Positions 60,502 through 64,000 of a stretch of DNA of 64,000 nucleotides are shown piece after piece. The position numbers and the translations under genes are program-made. Origin of the DNA: a virus; IMG/VR virus record IMGVR_UViG_3300021142_000007, positions 71,400 through 135,399 of that record; one strand, 5' to 3'. A model generated the notes under the pieces. That model had not been told where the DNA came from, made no database searches, and was given only the letters and a program-made list of their open reading frames with translations. Positions within the stretch are counted from its first letter, which is position 1; every line of letters begins with the position of its first letter.

Positions 60502-60517
60502 GATAAGTATGTGTTGA

Positions 60518-62332
60518 TTATTTCAACAGTGTGATATCAACTCTACGGTTCTTAGCACGACCAGTAGCTGTGTTGTTATCAGCAATTGGATTGCTATCAC
60601 CTTTACCATCTACAAGTTGGAACCTCGAACTGGAAATACCTCTCGAAGTCAAGTATTGTACCACAGAGTTTGCACGACCCTTAGACAGCGTTACATTTGA
60701 TGCTGCATCACCAACGTTATCGGTATAACCAACTATCTGAAGCTTGGTTTGTTCTGCTTGAACAAGAAGGTTGTATATGGTTGTGAGGTCTTTTTCTGAA
60801 CCTTCGATAGCTGTGCTACCAGTAGCGAAGTTTATATTCCAGTGACCATTAGCCATAACTTCTGTCTTGTTTTTGCTGTAGTCTTGTTTCGTAGCTGTAC
60901 CAGCGTCAACATCAGAGATAGACTTCAAGAAGTACAAGTTAACAGCATCTTCATAACCCAATACACCGTCTTTACATGTCTGATTAAATCCACCTGCGTT
61001 CAGGTCCGTCAAGTAACTAGATACTTGGTTGTATACCGCTTTATAACGATTGTTACCATCTGTTACACCGAAGTATTGGAGAGCATCAGCGTAGTTGAAT
61101 ACAAGCGTACCGCCTACATGATAGTCAAGACCATCTTTGGTACCTGTTTGACCCTTGAACATATCGTACCAGTACTTACCAGTTTCGAAGTTATAGGTCT
61201 TAGCTACACACTCAGATGCTTTTACCGCCCATTCATCATATAGCTTGAACTGGTTATTAGCTGTATATGTTTGCTTAAGGATATTCGTTACTTCTTTTTC
61301 GTGTGACAAAGCGTATTCTTGAATAACGAATACACAAGTTGCCATTTGGTTTACGAAGTCTTTGGTAGATACCACATCTGTAAATCCGCTGAGGTTATCA
61401 AAAGCAAGCTTATCACCTGGCGTCCACGTAACACCGCCTGTGATTTGTTTATTAACGGTTTTACCTGTAAGCTTACCATTCTTAACCTCTTTCAAAGGTA
61501 TGGTATATCCAGTTTTTTGTGACTTGATAAGGTCTTTGATTGCTTCGATATAGTCATCGTTAGGTGCAGGTACGAAGTTAACCGCTTCAGCATCATAAGT
61601 TGTAGGGTCTGGGTTAATCGCTACCTTATTAGCTGAACAATAGTTCACAGCTACAACCCAGTCACCATCACCGATTACGGCTGAGATAACAGAACCCTTA
61701 AGGCTTTGAGGATTGTCTTTCCATGCTTTAGGTCCTATCAGCTTGTCTTCACCATATGATAGACCAATAGCACCGATGTTTTTGATATGATACTTGCCTT
61801 TACCAAACTTTTGGTCAAGTGCTTGTTGAGTAGTTGTCTGGTAGTATGGACCACCATCACCCATGATACTAACAGCAAACGCTGATTTTTCAGAAGTAGG
61901 ATTAGCATTACCAGCAGCGAGTTCTTCAACGAATTTGAGTTGCATATTACGAAGGTCGTTAACACCATCCATACGAACTATTTCGAGATTTACATCAGCA
62001 GCTTCCATAAGACTACCTTTGGTAGTACGAGGGCCACCATTAGCTACAATCATACCAGAGTTACCATTCCAAGCGTATTCAGCGATACGCATAAGTGGCT
62101 TATTGGCTACGCTGGTTGATGGCGTGGCAGAAGGCAAAGGCAGCTTTTCGCCTTTGGTTACGTTGTCAAGCTTATCTGAACTAAGGGTAAGACCCTTGAG
62201 TTGTTTTGAAGCGGTTACGCGCAGACCTGGCGATACGAAATATACCCCTACAAGAAGTACTGCGATTGCAAGAGTTACTATGATACCCTCAGCAAGTGTT
62301 GTTAGTTTTTTTGTTTTTAGAATTGCTCCCAT
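60518..62332 (-). CDS. Membrane-anchored substrate-binding protein with C-terminal OmpA-like peptidoglycan-binding domain
   Basis: N-terminal TM; GYTDNVG...NVTLSKGRA...GRAKNRRVDI. Confidence 0.85.
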   Translation of the reverse strand: MGAILKTKKLTTLAEGIIVTLAIAVLLVGVYFVSPGLRVTASKQLKGLTLSSDKLDNVTKGEKLPLPSATPSTSVANKPLMRIAEYAWNGNSGMIVANGGPRTTKGSLMEAADVNLEIVRMDGVNDLRNMQLKFVEELAAGNANPTSEKSAFAVSIMGDGGPYYQTTTQQALDQKFGKGKYHIKNIGAIGLSYGEDKLIGPKAWKDNPQSLKGSVISAVIGDGDWVVAVNYCSANKVAINPDPTTYDAEAVNFVPAPNDDYIEAIKDLIKSQKTGYTIPLKEVKNGKLTGKTVNKQITGGVTWTPGDKLAFDNLSGFTDVVSTKDFVNQMATCVFVIQEYALSHEKEVTNILKQTYTANNQFKLYDEWAVKASECVAKTYNFETGKYWYDMFKGQTGTKDGLDYHVGGTLVFNYADALQYFGVTDGNNRYKAVYNQVSSYLTDLNAGGFNQTCKDGVLGYEDAVNLYFLKSISDVDAGTATKQDYSKNKTEVMANGHWNINFATGSTAIEGSEKDLTTIYNLLVQAEQTKLQIVGYTDNVGDAASNVTLSKGRANSVVQYLTSRGISSSRFQLVDGKGDSNPIADNNTATGRAKNRRVDITLLK

Positions 62333-62424
62333 TGTTATTTTGTTTTTTTTTTTGTTTTTAAATGTTTACGTTACAAAGGTAATAAATGTATTTTATACTA
62401 CCAAGTTTTTTTTGTTAAAAATTA

Positions 62425-63552
62425 TTAGAACATATCTCCAAAGCCACCAGACTTAAGCTTATCACTCGCTGTGAGTTGATAGTCAGGGTTAGCGTACTGC
62501 TTAGCTTGAGGTATGATGTCTTGACCAACCTTAATCTTATCGGCAATCTGGTTGAGATTAGCGTAGAGTTCGTCAGAGTCGAGCGTATAGTTGCTAGTAA
62601 GGGTCTCGATATCCTTCAAGTTACCAGCAGTCATAGCGATATCGGCAGAGATTGTAGATGTCACAACATCAAGAGCATAGTCAAGTTCCCATCCCTTCGT
62701 GAAGCCAAGTGCTGACTTTGCAGCTGTTGTTGCGGCATTGGCTTTTTGACCGAATGCGTAGTCTTTCTTAAGCATTTCAACCGTAGCATCGAAGTCGGCT
62801 ACCTTTATTTCCATAGCGGTTTCAACCATGGTAAGCTTTTGACCCATCTTCTTCATAACAGCGGCACGACTACCATACTTCTGAACGAAGTCCTTGGCTT
62901 GAGTCAACTTATTAGCAACACGCTGTGCTTCAGCAAGTGCTTTTTGAAGTTCAGATGCCTTATTTACATATTCATCATCAGACTTAGCTTCGACACCTCT
63001 GGCCTTAACCATATTATCCATATCGGACTTAATCTTTTCTGCTTTGCCTTGAAGTGCTAGTATCTTTGATTGACCAGCTTCAGCTTCTTTTTCAGAATTG
63101 GAAGCTTCGATTTCCATTTCTTGCTTGAGTTGAGCGATATTGCTTTTGGCAATACGGAAGGTGGTTTGGTTTTGTATCATCTTATCACGTTGAGCTTCAA
63201 GTTCAGCGAATGGGTCATACTTGATAACAGCTTTGTGTAGTTCACGTGTAAGGATACGTATACCCTTAAAGATTACAGGTGCTGCTACTACCAAAGCCAC
63301 CAGCATTATACCTGTTGCTGCAAGTGCCAGCATTTGACCAAGAGCCACGAATACTGGAGGTAGAACATAGGTCCACAGAAGATAACCAACACCTACGATA
63401 GACGCTAGCTTAAGGAACCAGAAGAGGTCTTTTTCACCCTTTCTGAAGTTATCAACCTTCGTTACGATTTCGTCTTGGTTGAAGTGTTTTAGGATTGGGA
63501 GCGCAGATAAGTCTGCATTGATATTATTTGAAATTTTTGTTTGAGTAGCCAT
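62425..63552 (-). CDS. Two-TM plus long coiled-coil protein (PspA-like)
   Basis: Two hydrophobic helices then ~250 aa of heptad-rich helix. Confidence 0.55.
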   Translation of the reverse strand: MATQTKISNNINADLSALPILKHFNQDEIVTKVDNFRKGEKDLFWFLKLASIVGVGYLLWTYVLPPVFVALGQMLALAATGIMLVALVVAAPVIFKGIRILTRELHKAVIKYDPFAELEAQRDKMIQNQTTFRIAKSNIAQLKQEMEIEASNSEKEAEAGQSKILALQGKAEKIKSDMDNMVKARGVEAKSDDEYVNKASELQKALAEAQRVANKLTQAKDFVQKYGSRAAVMKKMGQKLTMVETAMEIKVADFDATVEMLKKDYAFGQKANAATTAAKSALGFTKGWELDYALDVVTSTISADIAMTAGNLKDIETLTSNYTLDSDELYANLNQIADKIKVGQDIIPQAKQYANPDYQLTASDKLKSGGFGDMF

Positions 63553-63558
63553 TTTATT

Positions 63559-64000
63559 TTATTTTATGTTGTTTACAATACCTGTCTTTACTTGCTGGAT
63601 AGAAGTCACCACTTGTGTCTTAGCAGAATCGTTAGCTGCAAGCTTGCTATCGATTTCAGCTATCATTGGCATATACTTACCTTCAATAGCTGATAACTTG
63701 CTTTGACGGTCATTGAGTTGAAGGTTCAAAGCATCTATTTGCTGCTTTATCAAATCAACCTCATGAGATAGTGATTGGTTTTCGTTATTTTTTTGTGTAA
63801 GGAGTTCTTGCTTCTTAGCGTTACCCTTAGCCACATAGTCTGAATAGACCTTCTGGATTTCATTGATGTAGAAATCAGCTTGTTGCAGAACCTTATCCTT
63901 GCTTATGGTCTTATCCATTCCATATCCCATAGCATAAGCCATCGTATATATTTGTGGATTATCAATACCACCATGAGTGATAGCTTGGTATAACTCATAG
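63559..64000 (-). CDS. Coiled-coil protein (partial, runs off window)
   Basis: Open frame to window edge; Gln/Lys-rich heptads. Confidence 0.55.
   Translation of the reverse strand, partial: YELYQAITHGGIDNPQIYTMAYAMGYGMDKTISKDKVLQQADFYINEIQKVYSDYVAKGNAKKQELLTQKNNENQSLSHEVDLIKQQIDALNLQLNDRQSKLSAIEGKYMPMIAEIDSKLAANDSAKTQVVTSIQQVKTGIVNNIK

Noticed and set aside
1-64000. Stop-codon recoding (suggested by the theta ribozyme and large-phage context)
   Set aside because: Conserved genes are full-length under code 11, TAG and TGA occur at true gene ends, and no suppressor tRNA was seen

Overview
AT-rich segment of a large (jumbo/mega-type) lytic phage of a Bacteroidota host. The evidence: dense minus-strand small ORFs, about 30 copies of the Bacteroidota housekeeping promoter (TTG-N~19-TAnnTTTG), homing endonucleases, and a T5 A1-like protein. 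The standard genetic code gives intact ORFs. 1-17 kb is an early accessory region with a Gly-rich peptide family, an SLT transglycosylase, a DenV-like glycosylase, an aberrant tRNA-like gene and a pseudoknotted ncRNA. 18-52 kb holds host-takeover and metabolic genes: sigma70, SmpB, CoaE/CoaD, RNase R, IF3, Prs, NAMPT, NMNAT-Nudix, macrodomain, YqeY, PPK2 and MnmA. 52.6-57.7 kb is a translation-rescue locus with an RNase P RNA, about 14 tRNA/tRNA-like genes (only Pro, Gln, Tyr, Thr, Gly, Lys), an HDV-like ribozyme and three endonucleases. 58.8-64 kb is an ABC/OmpA-SBP/coiled-coil operon. Best candidate for a new system: an unannotated 35-aa leader ORF (57544-57651) between the tRNA-array promoter and an intrinsic terminator. 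Its codons 2-21 encode only the six amino acids served by the downstream tRNAs, which suggests a ribosome-stalling attenuator that senses tRNA depletion and induces the phage replacement tRNAs. All calls were made by eye; family names need HMM/CM confirmation.
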